From assembly GCA_002633005.1 (NCBI GenBank), contig NMRA01000085.1, forward strand, positions 991,520-1,055,519: 64,000 bases of DNA, in the 5' to 3' direction. The notes under the pieces were generated by a model. That model saw only the letters and a list, made by a program, of their open reading frames with translations, was not told the origin of the DNA and did not search any database. The position numbers were made by a program, and so were the translations under genes. Every line of letters begins with the position of its first letter. The first letter of the stretch is position 1. Source of the DNA: Phoronis australis (taxonomy: Eukaryota > Animalia > Phoronida). Below, piece after piece: positions 47,761-60,962 of this stretch.

Positions 47761-50700
47761 AGATAATTTAAAATCCTTCTCGATTTCGTCGCATGAACGT
47801 GGCTCATAAGTTTCGTGAAACCATATTTGTGCACATCTGGGTATGAGTCGCGCCACCAGCAAAAATTTTTGTTGGAACATCTGCTTATACACACCTTTTT
47901 AGCATGCGAAAAGTCGTATATGAAAAAGTGTGGTGTGTGTGTGGGTTTAGCCAACTACCAAATATTCAAGAGCATAAGAAGCACCGACGGGGAGTAAAAA
48001 ATTGAATATCAGATGATCGCGTAACAGCAGCCTCAAGTTGTTTAAGAACAAAGACCTGTACTGTTAGTCTCGAAATAAACATGTGTTCTGTCTCGTTATG
48101 AGAAAAACTGGCAAACGATGGTGCTCTCAACACATAGTATATTACTAAAAGCGACAATAAACAATTAAGTATCACTTTATTAAGCTGAATCACGTTGACA
48201 ACAATTGAAAAACGTCAAATGTATTTGGAAACGAATCATATGAAAACAGTTTCACGAAACCAAAACATTCTGTACATCGTGGTGAAAAGATAATCAGGAC
48301 CAGTTCGCAGAGGGACCAGATGTACACTGAGAGTACACAAAAACGCCTGGTCCATCACGAGACCAAAAGTACACCTGTGCTTATTATCCCTAGAAAAATA
48401 GTCGATCTGTCGCGGGACCAAACAGTTCTGGCTGAGATGAATAGTTTTACAAAGCACACTTTGGTAAAAAAACATCACAAGACTAGTTCGCGAGACCTAA
48501 AGCGTACTATGCAAAAACTTTTGAATTGAAAACCTCTCTCTAGACACTTTTAAATTCCCAGTGGTTGCTCATACATGTACGTGTATTTTATACATTTGGT
48601 CGTCAACTGCTGCGAGAGGTTGTCTAGGAAGGGTTTTCGCACCGTTCTGTAATACTCACTGGAAGAAACAAGTATTGAGTACAAATTTAACTACGCACTA
48701 CGTGAAATTAATTTTGGATATGAAGCAGACAGAGCCAAGTGGAAATACAAACCAGAATCAGTTTTTGTGCACTCGTAGACCCTCTGCTGTATTGGGTAAA
48801 TTTGGCATGACCAAAAATAATTTCTATTTCGTTTTCATTGTATACAAGCATAAAAACCGACATTATGTACAAACTGTGTAGAATTATATCTTATTACGTG
48901 GGTATGTATCCAGGAACGTTAGTCCTATTCTGCTGTTGTCTGGACTGCCGAGGAATCTGTATATCGCGGGATCCAATGGTTTGCTCGTCTTGGAACCATT
49001 CTACCCAGGCATCTTTGATGTTTGTTCCCAACGCTTGCACTTCGTCAACTGCTGTGTCAATGAGCTTGTAAGCCTCTACAATGTCGTTTGGCAGCTCAAT
49101 TGGCACTATGAAACCCCCTGAGGTTGCCAAGTCCATTCAAAAGACTTACATGCGCAACTAAATTTGATCCGTTCATCATGAACTACTTCAAACCTAGTCG
49201 ATGTATCCCAGGACCTATTTGCATCTCTTGCCATTTTCGGAATAAACGTCCCAATGTCTGAACGCTTGAAACCCCAAGTACTAACATCAAATAAATGCCC
49301 ATGGTCATGGGCGTTTCATCGGGTGGGAATTTCTGCGGAAATTGCCAGTATAGAAGACAGCAGTGGTGCTTATTGCAGGTAGAAAGACGGTAGGTATTGA
49401 GGTCGGAACTAGAGCTCCTTAGGAGGCCTATTGAACATCGCACGAGTCCCTCAAGACTTTGCTGTAAAAATACAGCCTCCCCGCAATTTCTGGTACTGTA
49501 CACTGTTCGCGAATGCGGTCACTTTGTCAATGTGAGTGCCCCCTTGGTCATTTTTTGTATAGACATAGCTTGTTAGAGTGCATCTTCAAACGGTTCCGCG
49601 ACCAGACCACGGCGCCCGCGACAATAGTAATTCTTCGGAAAACGAGTTCTTTTCAAAAATACTACATGTACATGTAGGCTACACTGTATGTATTGCGCAA
49701 GACAACTTTACTATACACCAGTCAAATTCGAGTTACAAACGTGTAGGGTATAATGGAATGACAGATGAGGTAAAAACGTTGCACGTCAATTTGCCTGAAT
49801 ATCAGGGTTGCGGCACCACAGTATTTCCCCTAATCAAATCAAATTATATCTTAGAGTAAAGAAGCTAGTTATCTAAAGAAATCAGCTATAGAGCTGCTCT
49901 TTCAGCGGTGAATCCATCTAAAATGCTTGGCAACTTCAGAAGTGTCGACGGAAGCGCGCCCACAATTGATCTCCGCGCGTTTTGCCGATGATCCACGAAG
50001 ACTCAAAATGCGTTGATTTTCATAACAGCAATTTGCAATTCAAAAATTTATTTTTTCAGAGTGAACCCCCCCCCCCTTTTTTTTTTCCAAGTTGGTTTAC
50101 TTGGGGTTTACACACGCTGGTGGTGTCGTTTTTGTTTTGGTGACGACGTTTTTGTTTTTTTTTAATTTTGGGTCCTGGCCCAAGGGGGGGTTTAAACCCC
50201 CTGAACCCCCCCCGTAGATCCGCCTCTGAGTGATATAGAATATTGAACGAAGACAAGTAATTTGCTCCTAAGATTTTCTCACATTCAATATGCAGTTCTT
50301 AAGCAACGTCAAAGTTTGGTGTGTTTAAGTCCCAGTAAAAGCGCTATTATTCTTAAAATAAGTAAACTGCCACCTGTTGGAGACTACGTGCATTTTGCCC
50401 TACATCTTTGTGTGCACTGTTTTTTATTACGAGAATCCCGTTTCGTGGGCATTTTAAAACATTTGTATTGCTTATGGCGGTAAAACGCACGACTCCACGG
50501 CAGTATCGTGCCTAGTTGTGGATAACACAGGATCAATGGTGAAATGTCCAAATTGTCAATGGCAGGAGTGGGGTTAGTCTTTCCGGATTTACCCCAAAAC
50601 TGATACAACATGTTTAATTTTTGACATTAACGTCATGTATGATAGCAATTAGATTCATAACCCAATAACTTATTTGCTTTGTGATTTACCCCTTACTAAC

Positions 50701-53700
50701 TTCAATAGAATTCCACATGTTTCATGGCTCAAAATCTTTTGCAATTCTATTGATGCTCTCCGTTAGACCGCATAAAAAGAGGCATGAATGTACATTTTTC
50801 ATTTTACCTCCCCTGAATCTCTCATTTTCACGAAAGACGTCGCTCTAATCGGCTGGCTAATACACCCTAGTGTTAGCTTACATATAGTAAATTCTGAATC
50901 TCTTTGTAACTTTTCACAATTGACAGTGCTTAGTAGGTCTAAGTCTGTCTCAAAAAGTTCAAATTTTAGCTCTTAATTTTTTAATCTGAAAATTATAAGC
51001 TATTCGTTAATTGAATTGTCCCTTCGGTTACGCGCAATATACTGTTGAATCGCCCTTTAAACAAATCTAGATAAGAAAACATCTTTGTTACGTCTACGAG
51101 AAAGCTCTCTTCAATCAATGAAGGAAATTCCGGAAAAGTTCACCAAGTTCTTAGTTTTGAAATGCCTACCAAATAAGTCTTCCAAACTCTCGCAAATGAT
51201 ATTAATAGCCTGCCAGCTAGCTGTATAACAACTAAACATCAAAATGCAACTGCGCCGTGGCTAAGATGATAAATGCAGGCATATTAATGTCGTCTAATTC
51301 GGTACGAATTTATTTTGTGCTTTTTGGTGAATTATTTTAGGAACCCGCACTATTTAAGGCGAAATATCATTAAAAATGTAAAAGAGAGACAGTTAGTTGC
51401 ATCATCGTCTGCCCCCCCCCCCGAGAAAGAGCCTTTTTAACATAAAAAGGCTTTACGATTTCACAAAAACAAGAAGTAGTAGGTGGAATCAATTTCATTA
51501 TTGGGCCCTCTCTCCGTGAGCGGCCCCTAAGTTTTCGATAAAAATAAGAAATGGATGCCATCAATTTGCTCTCTAAGTATGAAATGAACTAATTGAAATA
51601 AAAACAAAAAAAACAGAGAATTGCAGCAAATTGATAGTCCGTCAAGTGGTCAGTTTTTATCAACGTACAATTTCGAGAAAAAGGTGACCGATCTGATGAC
51701 TCCATCATTTTATGCCAGAGCCCCTGTGGAGAAATAGACAATAGTTTTGCATTCCCTTAAACTGTCTCCTTGAATTTTGAAATCCGGTGCATATCCATTA
51801 ATATGCTCTGCAAAAGATAATGCCTTGCAAATTTTCTCGACTTTTTGAGATACATGTATGACTGATTAATTGCACTTTTCATGAGTGTTTTGCACTTTTT
51901 ATGTGTGTTTAGACGATCCATGCACCCAAAATGGGGATCCCTCGAACAACGCCCTGGCCAGAGTCCCAAAAGGGTAAATTAAGCACTTGTAGTCAGGAAG
52001 TCTGTTCCGTTTAAATTTTTCGTCTGCCCTCGGCATCAGGCTTATGCTGGTAGCCACGATTTAACCCCGAAGACTGCAAATTACTGGGGTGGAGTGTATG
52101 CCTCTCCGTTTCCTACGGCCCTGTCGGAGAGAAAAGGAATTTGTTAAGATGAGTCTCGTCGACGATTCAAACCTGATTGAGCTTGCTGCCAGAGCGAAAT
52201 TCAAATCCCATGGCAGAGTATTTTTGCGCGTGTTTAGCTCGTGAAGTCGCTTGACCAGCGAAGATATGTCAGAAAACGAATTGATTTCTAGTAAAATTAT
52301 AAAACCACAACTTCAAAAGTCTACCCATATACATCTTAAATAGATATCTATGGTCTATACCATCCAGAAATAATACCAAAATGCATTTCGGCATTAAAAC
52401 CGACGTCCTTTTAACACGACCCAACCCACTTTGATTTGAATTTTAGTCTCATTTTTCAAACTCAGATCCAGTACAATCACCAATTTAGAACACATGAACG
52501 AGTTTCGTCAGTCCATAAATATCACTAAAATATTACATTTAGTAACTTCCAGTCTCGTCTGTGTTTGTCTTATTATAGGCCTATTGGTTTTGTTATTTTT
52601 TGAATTGGACAGTGTTTCCGCGGAACCCTCACTACATATGGTAGTTTAGTGAGTACCCATCCTGCACAAAATTAGCCGCCATTCACTACGACGGCCATTT
52701 TAGATGGTGGTGCACCACCAAAATAATATACTGAAAATTTCATATTAAATTCAGTTAACCGGTAAGTGTGAAAATGTGTATTTTTTGGCCTTAAGTTTTA
52801 ACTGAACTAACCTGGGTTAAAATCCGTTTTATGTTTTTAACTAAAATAACGCGAAAGGAGTAATCTTAATGCAGAGACGATTTATACAAGATCAAGCTGA
52901 AAACAAGTGCAATTTACAAACAAAATGGCAGTTTTAAATACAAACGTGTTTATTTCTAAAATTAACACTATTTCAACAAACTACAACGCTTGAAGTGTCT
53001 ACAATGCCAGTACACCTGTGTATGCCTGGCAGCAAAGCATGTTGCCTACGAAATTACACGAGTGGCGCAGCACTGGAAAAGGTGGGGGGCTATAGCCCCC
53101 TGTGGTGCACCGCCCATAGAACGTGGGCAGCGCAGCACTGAAAAGAAGTGGGGAGACTATAGTCCCCAGCCCCCTACGGTGCGCCGCCCAGGAATTATTC
53201 TCGCTCACCGCATATTGGCCACAACACTACTTAAATCTACACCACTGCACCCCATTCCTTTAACTCACACCCTCTCTCATATAATGATAGGCGTACATAA
53301 TTTCTAGCACAAATCATTCGTTAAGTCTGCTTGCAAGGACATTTGAAACGAAAACAAACATTAATATTCAAGTGACAACCTTTCTCGTATATGAAATCAC
53401 GGACGTGTTACAAGCTGGCAAGTTCGGTCGACTTATTTCTCAAGCTTATTTTAATTGCAAAATTAGAGACTCGCATCACAGAAATCTATCAACACAATCG
53501 AAGTTTGATCGTAAGCGGGGTACTAACGTTCGCGAGCAGAGAATAATGAATAGAAGAGTCTAGGAAGCGCCAAAGTGTTCTTAAACAAGAACCTTTTTCA
53601 AATATTTCTACACGTTGAAATGTTCTTGTTCAACACGCTGACTTGGGTCTTAAACGATAATGTATCCGCTTTATTCAACGCGTCGCATTGCTTGTCCAAC

Positions 53701-54552
53701 GCGCTGAATTCGTTATGCCCAATCAAAGACAAGTTCACAGCCAGTACAAAGTCACATACGAAGTCACGTGGTCGCTCGTACGTACAATCATCAAAACTGG
53801 TTTTGCACACTCGTAGAAAGTCATCCAACATTTTGAGATTCCATTTGGCAGAACGGGGGTGCGAATGTCTGACGGGCAAAATCCTGGCCAATACTCAGCC
53901 CTGCACCCCTCAACTCAAAATCCACCCCTGCAGAGTGTTGAACAGCTAATACTTCGCGTCGAAGTGAGTGAGCACATTTCAACGCGCACAGAAAGGTACT
54001 CGTCTAATAATCCTTTGGCGCTTCATATTAAGTCTTTGACTTTGTGTGTGAGTACTAGAAATTATTCTTGGTTTTCTTTTCTACTTTTGTGCAAACTCAA
54101 CAAAGGCGTCTATCATTCTACACACGAGTTTCTAGTCCAAATTCAACTAGCACTTCCTCGATTTAAAACGAAAATAACACAAGTCCATCCAGGCTGCAGA
54201 TCGACTTCGGTCCGACATACATGTACACTTGATAACGGCCCTTGTTTAACATGTTAAGCGAGTCTCATAATTTGTAGATGAGAATCGACGATTTCTCGAG
54301 TGCTTTGAGTAGAAGAGAAACGACGATTTCGCGAGTGCTTTGAGTAAAGCGATCTACGGTTGACAATCGTTTTTTACAAGGTTCTTTTGTCATTGACTTT
54401 TAATCATTTTAGAGTCCAAAGTCTATGGTTTCACGACGAATACTAAACAACATGTCCCAAAAAATAGGAGTCTTGAACATTTAAGAGTTCATTTTTTTGC
54501 TTCAAGGCTTGTACTTTCGCTTGCCCAATATTGTGCTTACTGTAAACGAGTA

Positions 54553-54792
54553 TTACTTTGAACACGCTACCCACGCTAATACACAAGTGGAGATGGTCAC
54601 GGTCGAGACAAGTAGAGCTTCCACACCAGTAGACCCTGACGCAGTAGTCTCAGGTTCAGCTTCGGCGGACGGGGTGGGTACGGCACCCGTAGACATCGCC
54701 CTGGCACCTGACGTTGCATTCTGGACGTGTACAGTTGACACTAAAATCCCCAATACAAACAAGACGACCAATAATCCAGTTGTGCGCGCCAT
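54553..54792 (-). CDS. Putative 79-aa GPI-anchored mucin-like micro-protein (CD24/CD52-like architecture)
   Basis: MARTTGLLVVLFVLGILVSTVHV-QNATSGARAMSTGAVPTPSAEAEPETTASGSTG-VEALLVSTVTISTCVLAWVACSK*. Hydrophobic signal peptide, N-glycosylation sequon NAT, S/T/P/A-rich core, small-residue omega region and hydrophobic C-terminus. GC-elevated, good Kozak context (gtcATGg), splice acceptor ttttagtttcag ~23 nt upstream. Confidence 0.65.
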   Translation of the reverse strand: MARTTGLLVVLFVLGILVSTVHVQNATSGARAMSTGAVPTPSAEAEPETTASGSTGVEALLVSTVTISTCVLAWVACSK

Positions 54793-54990
54793 GACTCCCA
54801 GACACCTGTGTACCACTGAAACTAAAACCCAAGGCTTTGTCTATGCTTATATATTCTACAATTTACAGGCCGTGATTATGATTGGATCGTCTAAGCACGC
54901 GCCAAAGAAGATGTTTCAAACGATGTTCGTTCCCGGGGGTTCACTCATACTGGCAAGGTGCCCGCAGGCGTGTACCAAAAATTGCTGAGA

Positions 54991-55348
54991 AAATTTTCCT
55001 GTCTTCATTGAAGGCTAAGACTTAGAGGTAGAGGTTATTTTAGACGAGTTATTTCAGGTTCTAAAAAATACGAAACATGATAAAAGCCCTGACTCAGATG
55101 GGTTTTCAGCCGAGTTCATTAAATTTTCTTGGATGGTTTGAAACACTTTATTGTGCGACATATCAATTCTAGTTTCGTTAAAACTGAAATGTCCTTAACT
55201 TAGAGAACTGGTATCATGACATGTACAGCAAAACCCAAATAGTTCCTGAGAAATTGGAGACTTACTACTTTGTTAAATTCGGTTTATAGCTGCTGGATGC
55301 ATTGCAACAGGCTACAAAAGGTTTTACAGACTCTTGTATCGAGTGACC
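54991..55348 (+). mobile_element. L1/Tx1-clade LINE ORF2 relic, RT N-terminal part
   Basis: LEVEVILDELFQVLKNTKHDKSPDSDGFSAEFIKFSW ... FLRNWRL (KSPGxDGFxxEF and NWRPITLLN motifs), with stops and frameshifts. Confidence 0.85.
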
Positions 55349-56557
55349 TTTGAACTTGTTAAATATATGTATTAATGGTCAACACAAGTGTGCCATCTCT
55401 TTGCTTACTCCTGACCTTAACTGATTACACTAATTACTATCGTACGACCCCATCAGGAACCCCATTTTGCGCAGAAAAAACTTTAGATGGCGCTCGTACT
55501 AATCGACATCATCTTTGTGAAGCGAAACGGGCAGTCCTTTGTCACAAGAAAACTCTTGTGGCGGTTTTTTTGGGGGGGGGGAGGACAAGGGGGCCATGGT
55601 ACCCCCTAAAATTCTCCCAGATTACATTTGGCAGTATGGGGGTGCGAATGTCTGAGGGGCCATGACGGCGTTTTCCCGTTGCTCCCAACTTGTTCGATCC
55701 TATAGCCCAACAACAAGTTGGGAAGATGACCCATGTAGCCAATATCTTACACCGTCCACTAATTAACTCCATTCTGGCATTATGGTTGGAGGGCCAGCTC
55801 TCTTTTTCTCGATTATTGCTCTAATCTCCAATAAGACCATATCTAGCCGGAGTTCGCTGTGCTGTTAAAATAAAAGTTAAATTACAACATATTTGAACAT
55901 AAACCAATAGCATTTCTGAATTCATCGTCAAATGCTGATCTTGTTTAGTTTTTGAATCGTCAAAATCGCCCAACTATTCAACCGAAGTCTACGATATTCT
56001 ATTCTTTCCGAACGTACTAATGTTGCTCTGGGTTTGACTGCGTTCACATGTTCACATGTGGTCTAGCTGTAATAGTCCTGGTGGATAATTATCCTGCCTG
56101 TTGTCATACCAGACAAAAGACTGTGCTTGGCAGTTAACAAAAGAGCTAGATCTTATTACACTCTCACAACCCCTCTACGTCTGGTAAAGTCACTGAAACG
56201 GGGGAACGCCGTAATAAAATCCTGGCTAAAAGAATCCGGGATCCTCCCCTGTACCATATGGTGACGGCGGGTGCAGATTTCAAATCTCAGAATTTCCAAA
56301 TTATGTCAATTAGAGGCAACGAAATTGTTTAATTAAATTCAGCAACTCATCTCGACAGTTCCACTTGCATAAAATATCTTACGCACGCGCGCACTCAGCC
56401 TTCAGAATGGGGGGCACGAATTCCTGACCTTATGGACCTTTTCTTTTGCTAACAAAAGAGCGGGCGTACTAAAAAAAAGCGTTTGCGCTTATTTACTGGA
56501 TTTTTGTCTCATTTCCTCGGACATTTTGTCTCTCAGGGGCGGACCTTTTTGCCCACN

Positions 56558-56829
56558 AAAATATGGTTTTATTTGAAATAGTATCAGAATTTCTTTATAA
56601 CATTAAATCTCTTTGTGTGAGTGGATAGAATTTTATACATCTGTATGAAAATAAATTATTTTCATTCGTTGTCATATATCATTGTATTCTTAACATCACT
56701 TTTTTCTATTTATGTATTTGTATATAATCATTGTATATAGACTTCTTTGTATTTTTTTACCCAGATCTAATGCCTCTTGGCGCTTTCTGGGTTATGTATA
56801 TTCATTGTATTCTGAAGATTTCGTAATAA

Positions 56830-56864
<35 letters not shown>
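56558..56864 (+). mobile_element. 3' end of a retroposed sequence with poly(A) tail
   Basis: AT-rich UTR-like tract, AATAAA at ~56825 and an A-run of about 30 nt at 56835-56864; the 5' side is cut by n at 56557. Confidence 0.55.
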
Positions 56865-56866
<2 letters not shown>

Positions 56867-59221
56867 GAACCAAGTAAACTACAGGGTCCCTGCGTGTGGT
56901 GCGGGACAGGTTGGCAGCCAACGGAGATTCGTTGTACCCACGGCGACATTTTAAGCGAAGTGCGTGAACCACGGATGGAACTAATCTGTCCATAGCCGCT
57001 CCGTGACAATCATAGGATTACGTCGGTAGTTAATGTCAAGTATTTTTCGAACGAACGGCTCATGTGCGGCATGACAAAAAACAGAAAAAAGAAACAGCGC
57101 GAGTCTTGCTAATACCTCGAGATGGACGTCGTTGGCGTTCTTACTACGACAGCCAAAGCAGCAGCGACAGTAACATCGGATTTAAAGACACTGTGGAGAC
57201 GGAACAGCTCGATGAAATAATGTACGGCGAAATGGGATATTAAGAAAATGTAGAAACAACTTTTCGATGGATTAGCGCCGTATATGCTCGAACCACAGGA
57301 ATCCGATTATAGTGAAATTGAAGGGAGAAACCGGCCAATTTTCACGAACACACTACTGACCGTCTCGGAGGCGATGATTGTTGTTGGTCAGTAAAATGTA
57401 TAATCAATCAACGAAATTGCTAATACAGTAGAATTTGAATTAACCCGACATTATTTCTAGCGGTCGAAAATTGGGGAAATTATGGAGCAAAAATTCCCCG
57501 TGAAATTCCAAATGATTTAGTATTTTATTTCCACCCGATATTCCTTTCTTGGTTTCACCATAATTTTGACGAAAAATATGAGCATACGCTACGACACCGG
57601 CACATTCAATTTTTTTAAGTTGAAATTGTGTCGGAAGTCACCCGTTTTTAATTTGCACAGCAGTGCAGGTCAACTGGTCAATTTGCATTTTGAAATGTCT
57701 GTGATCGACACAACATCACACTAGACCGACAGGAAGGTCTAAGCTTTTGAGGTACGGGCAAAATGTCAAACAGAAATCTACAGACAAAAGTAACACAACG
57801 AATATGTCGCCGCCTTGACACGACATTTGAAGTGAAATGTAGTTTACACAAGGCGCACGAAACTTAGCCAGTGCGGGACGCAAAAACAGCACCCCGAAAG
57901 GCTGAGACCTGCAGGAAACGATTGAGGTGGGGGCAAAAATCAATGAATCAAAAGGATCGACAAAGTTAGCGCAACGAGTAGGTTGTCATTTTTTAAACTA
58001 TCGTTCGATATCAAACACCAATTGCCCAAGACGTTTTGTGGTTTGAAGTATTTGTTTCTCTGAGGCGGACCTTTTTGCCAACTTCGCCAAGTGGGGCGGG
58101 TGGGGTCTCCCTCGATCACCCCTGGGTGTGTGCATGCATACTAGGAGGTTGTAAGTACATCCTTTCCAATGTTGAGTTAAAGAATGTGTCACAAGACTAA
58201 AGTTGAATCACCGCTATCTAAATGTCACAGTGCATTCGAGTAACTAAGTGTGCAACACCCAGGCGCTTAATTGAGCCGAGCCAGCACATTTTTATTTTGA
58301 ACTGCCGCTGTTTTCTTTTGAAGTACTACTTGAGTGCGGTGCGCACATCTAATAAGTNTTACTTTTGAAATCACCTTTGAAAATACGTTAAAATGCGCTA
58401 AAACAGTTGTCCCTTCCTGGTTATCTCTTCCTGCTCACACGTATGTCGCGCGCGCTGTTCCAGAAAAGAGGGCTTGAGAATTTCTTGCCGACTTGTGATT
58501 ACTGTGCTGCAAGAGAAGTTATGACTGTCGTTTGGCAAGTAATAGCCAACGGTTGTCACCTTCACGTCTCCGTTTTTTGTAATAAAAACGAGACGTACAT
58601 TCACACACAGCATTAATTGACGACATTTCTAAGTCACAATCGTATATCGGAACCTTGCGCGCAAATTATGTTTTCACTGCAGAGTTCAATAAATTTATCG
58701 TTGTTAGAATTAGTACGAAACGTAGCTATTGTATGGCGTTTTACATCAGTGCAAATACTTCGAAACTTGGTTCGCCGTGAGTGAATCAATATGTTGGGTT
58801 CGAAGGGTGCTATACTTGACACTGTTGTTTTGGTTAGTAATCGCGTTATCAATCACACTGATGACTTACATGTAAGTCGACAATGTTTTTAATTGGTGAC
58901 TTTCCTTGAGCAAAATATTAATTTTTTTACTGTTTCTGCAGGCGATCAGCTGTTCAGGTTGTGATTTGTGCGGTAATGTGCTGGTCACAAAGATGATGTC
59001 AATACACCAGTCGACTGTGATAGGTCAAGAAAATGAGAGGGGTTTCCGATGGGGGCACATAATTTTGGGGCGTAAAATGTGTAGTAATGTGTAGTAGTGG
59101 TTGTGTGAAATAAACAACACAACAGAAAGATATGCTGTACAAAAGTACATGTATTTAACATATCTAAAGGGCAGTCGGTTCATTTTGCGCTGTCTTTAAG
59201 GGCAAATACATTGGTGAATGT

Positions 59222-60962
59222 ACGGTTCCCTGGCAGAGACGATGAAGGTACTAGATTTCTAAGCAGATATTTCTGGCTTGAAAATTTTTTATTCCAAAAC
59301 AAATGTTATCTGGATTGGCAGTAAAAAGTTTTCTAAAGAAGTCTATCATAGACGCTGGAAATTAAAATGGTGTTGGGTTTAAATTATAATGTTAACTTAG
59401 ACAACATGTGAAATGGTAACTTTGAATGAAAACTGATGGAAATTAAAAAGATGCTGAAGACATGGTCTAAAAGAAAACTCACTATATTAGGTAAAGTGAC
59501 GGTTATAAAAACATTTCCAAAATTAACCATTTGTTATCTTCATTACCTAGTCCATATACCAACCCTTTTAAATGATGTGAACCATTTGTGCTTCATATTT
59601 ATTTGGCATAAGAAACCAGACAAGATTAAGAGAACTGTACTGGAATAAATCATTGAAGAAGGTTAGTAGGCTAGACCTGAAACATTTTAATATGACTCTT
59701 AAACTTTCGTGGATAAGAAGAATCTTTACTTCTCAACCAAAGTGGACACTACTTGTTGAGGTGTAGTTTGGTATCGCGAAGAATGACATTTTGAATCACG
59801 GAGATTTTTTGTTGACGGACAAACTGAATGTTAATAAATTTTGGCGTGAATGCTTACAACATTGGACATCTGTAGAAAACAGAATGATGACGTGGACAAG
59901 CACGAATGCAATATTGTTTCTGTAAATATTTTACCCAGCAATAAAATTTTTGTAGACGAGCAACCTTTTTACGTGGAATCATTTTTAAAGAAAAATACTC
60001 GTTATTTGAATGACATTTTGGATAGTAACAGTGCTTTCGTTTCATACGATCACTTTTGTAGACGAAGCATAAAAGTTAATTTTTTGCTATACCTTTCTTT
60101 GGTCAGTTCAGTAAAGGCCTTTCTCAAAAAGAATTAATCGTAACTTAAAATTGAAAAAATTGTCGGATCAATTATTTCATTTTCGTTGTCCACCCTACTT
60201 GTTGTTCAACGTGGTTGTAGACTTATTTATAATGTATCAAATACGAATTATCTGAAGCCTACTGCTCAGGAGAAATTGGAGGACTTAGGATACATTTTTG
60301 ATCCTTGTATCTGCAGGAAGTTCTATAAAAATCATCTTTTCAGTGTAAACGATACAAAAATATCCAAGTTTCAATACAAAGTGTTGCATAAGACCCTTCT
60401 GACAAACGCTTGGTTATTTAAAATTAATTATGTTGATTCTTATTCTTGAACTTTTTGTAAGAACAAATGTGAGACAAATGAACACTTATTTTTAGACTGG
60501 TACGTCACGTGCTAATTTTGGCGAGCCAGTCGATTCCAAATTCCATTTGGAATAGAGACAATACTTTTTGGAACTCCGTTCAAAAAACAAAACAGAGTAC
60601 CCAACTGATTTCTACTGCACGCGAAGTATTACACATACATTTCAAAAATTAAAAAGAATACCTTAACTTTAAATGTTTTATTAATGATTTGAAAATAAAT
60701 TTTACCACCGAGGAGTATATTCTAAAGCAAAAAATGCAAATGAACTACAGGAATTCTGGAAACCGTGGGAGTCTATCTTTGCTGCCTAAGTTAACCATTC
60801 ACTGATACATTATGTGTATATACCTCACTAAAAGATAATCTGAGTGGGACCTGCACTGAGTGACCTGAGTGACTGACGGTGACGTATGTGTAATGTTATA
60901 CTTGACATTGCCGCAACATTATTTTTAACTATTTGTAATGTTATGCTTAAAGAATAAATGGT
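59222..60962 (+). mobile_element. L1/Tx1-clade LINE ORF2 relic, post-RT region to zf-RVT and 3' UTR
   Basis: ADISGLKI..KTNVIWIGSK, KTWSKRKLTILGKVTVIKT, FIWHKKPDKIKR, KFQYKVLHKTLLTNAWLFKINYVDS..TFCKNKCETNEHLFLD; AATAAA at 60953. Confidence 0.9.

Noticed and set aside
54497-54988. 163-aa plus-strand ORF
   Set aside because: Non-ATG start, antisense to the signal-peptide ORF, and it runs into a MITE terminus.
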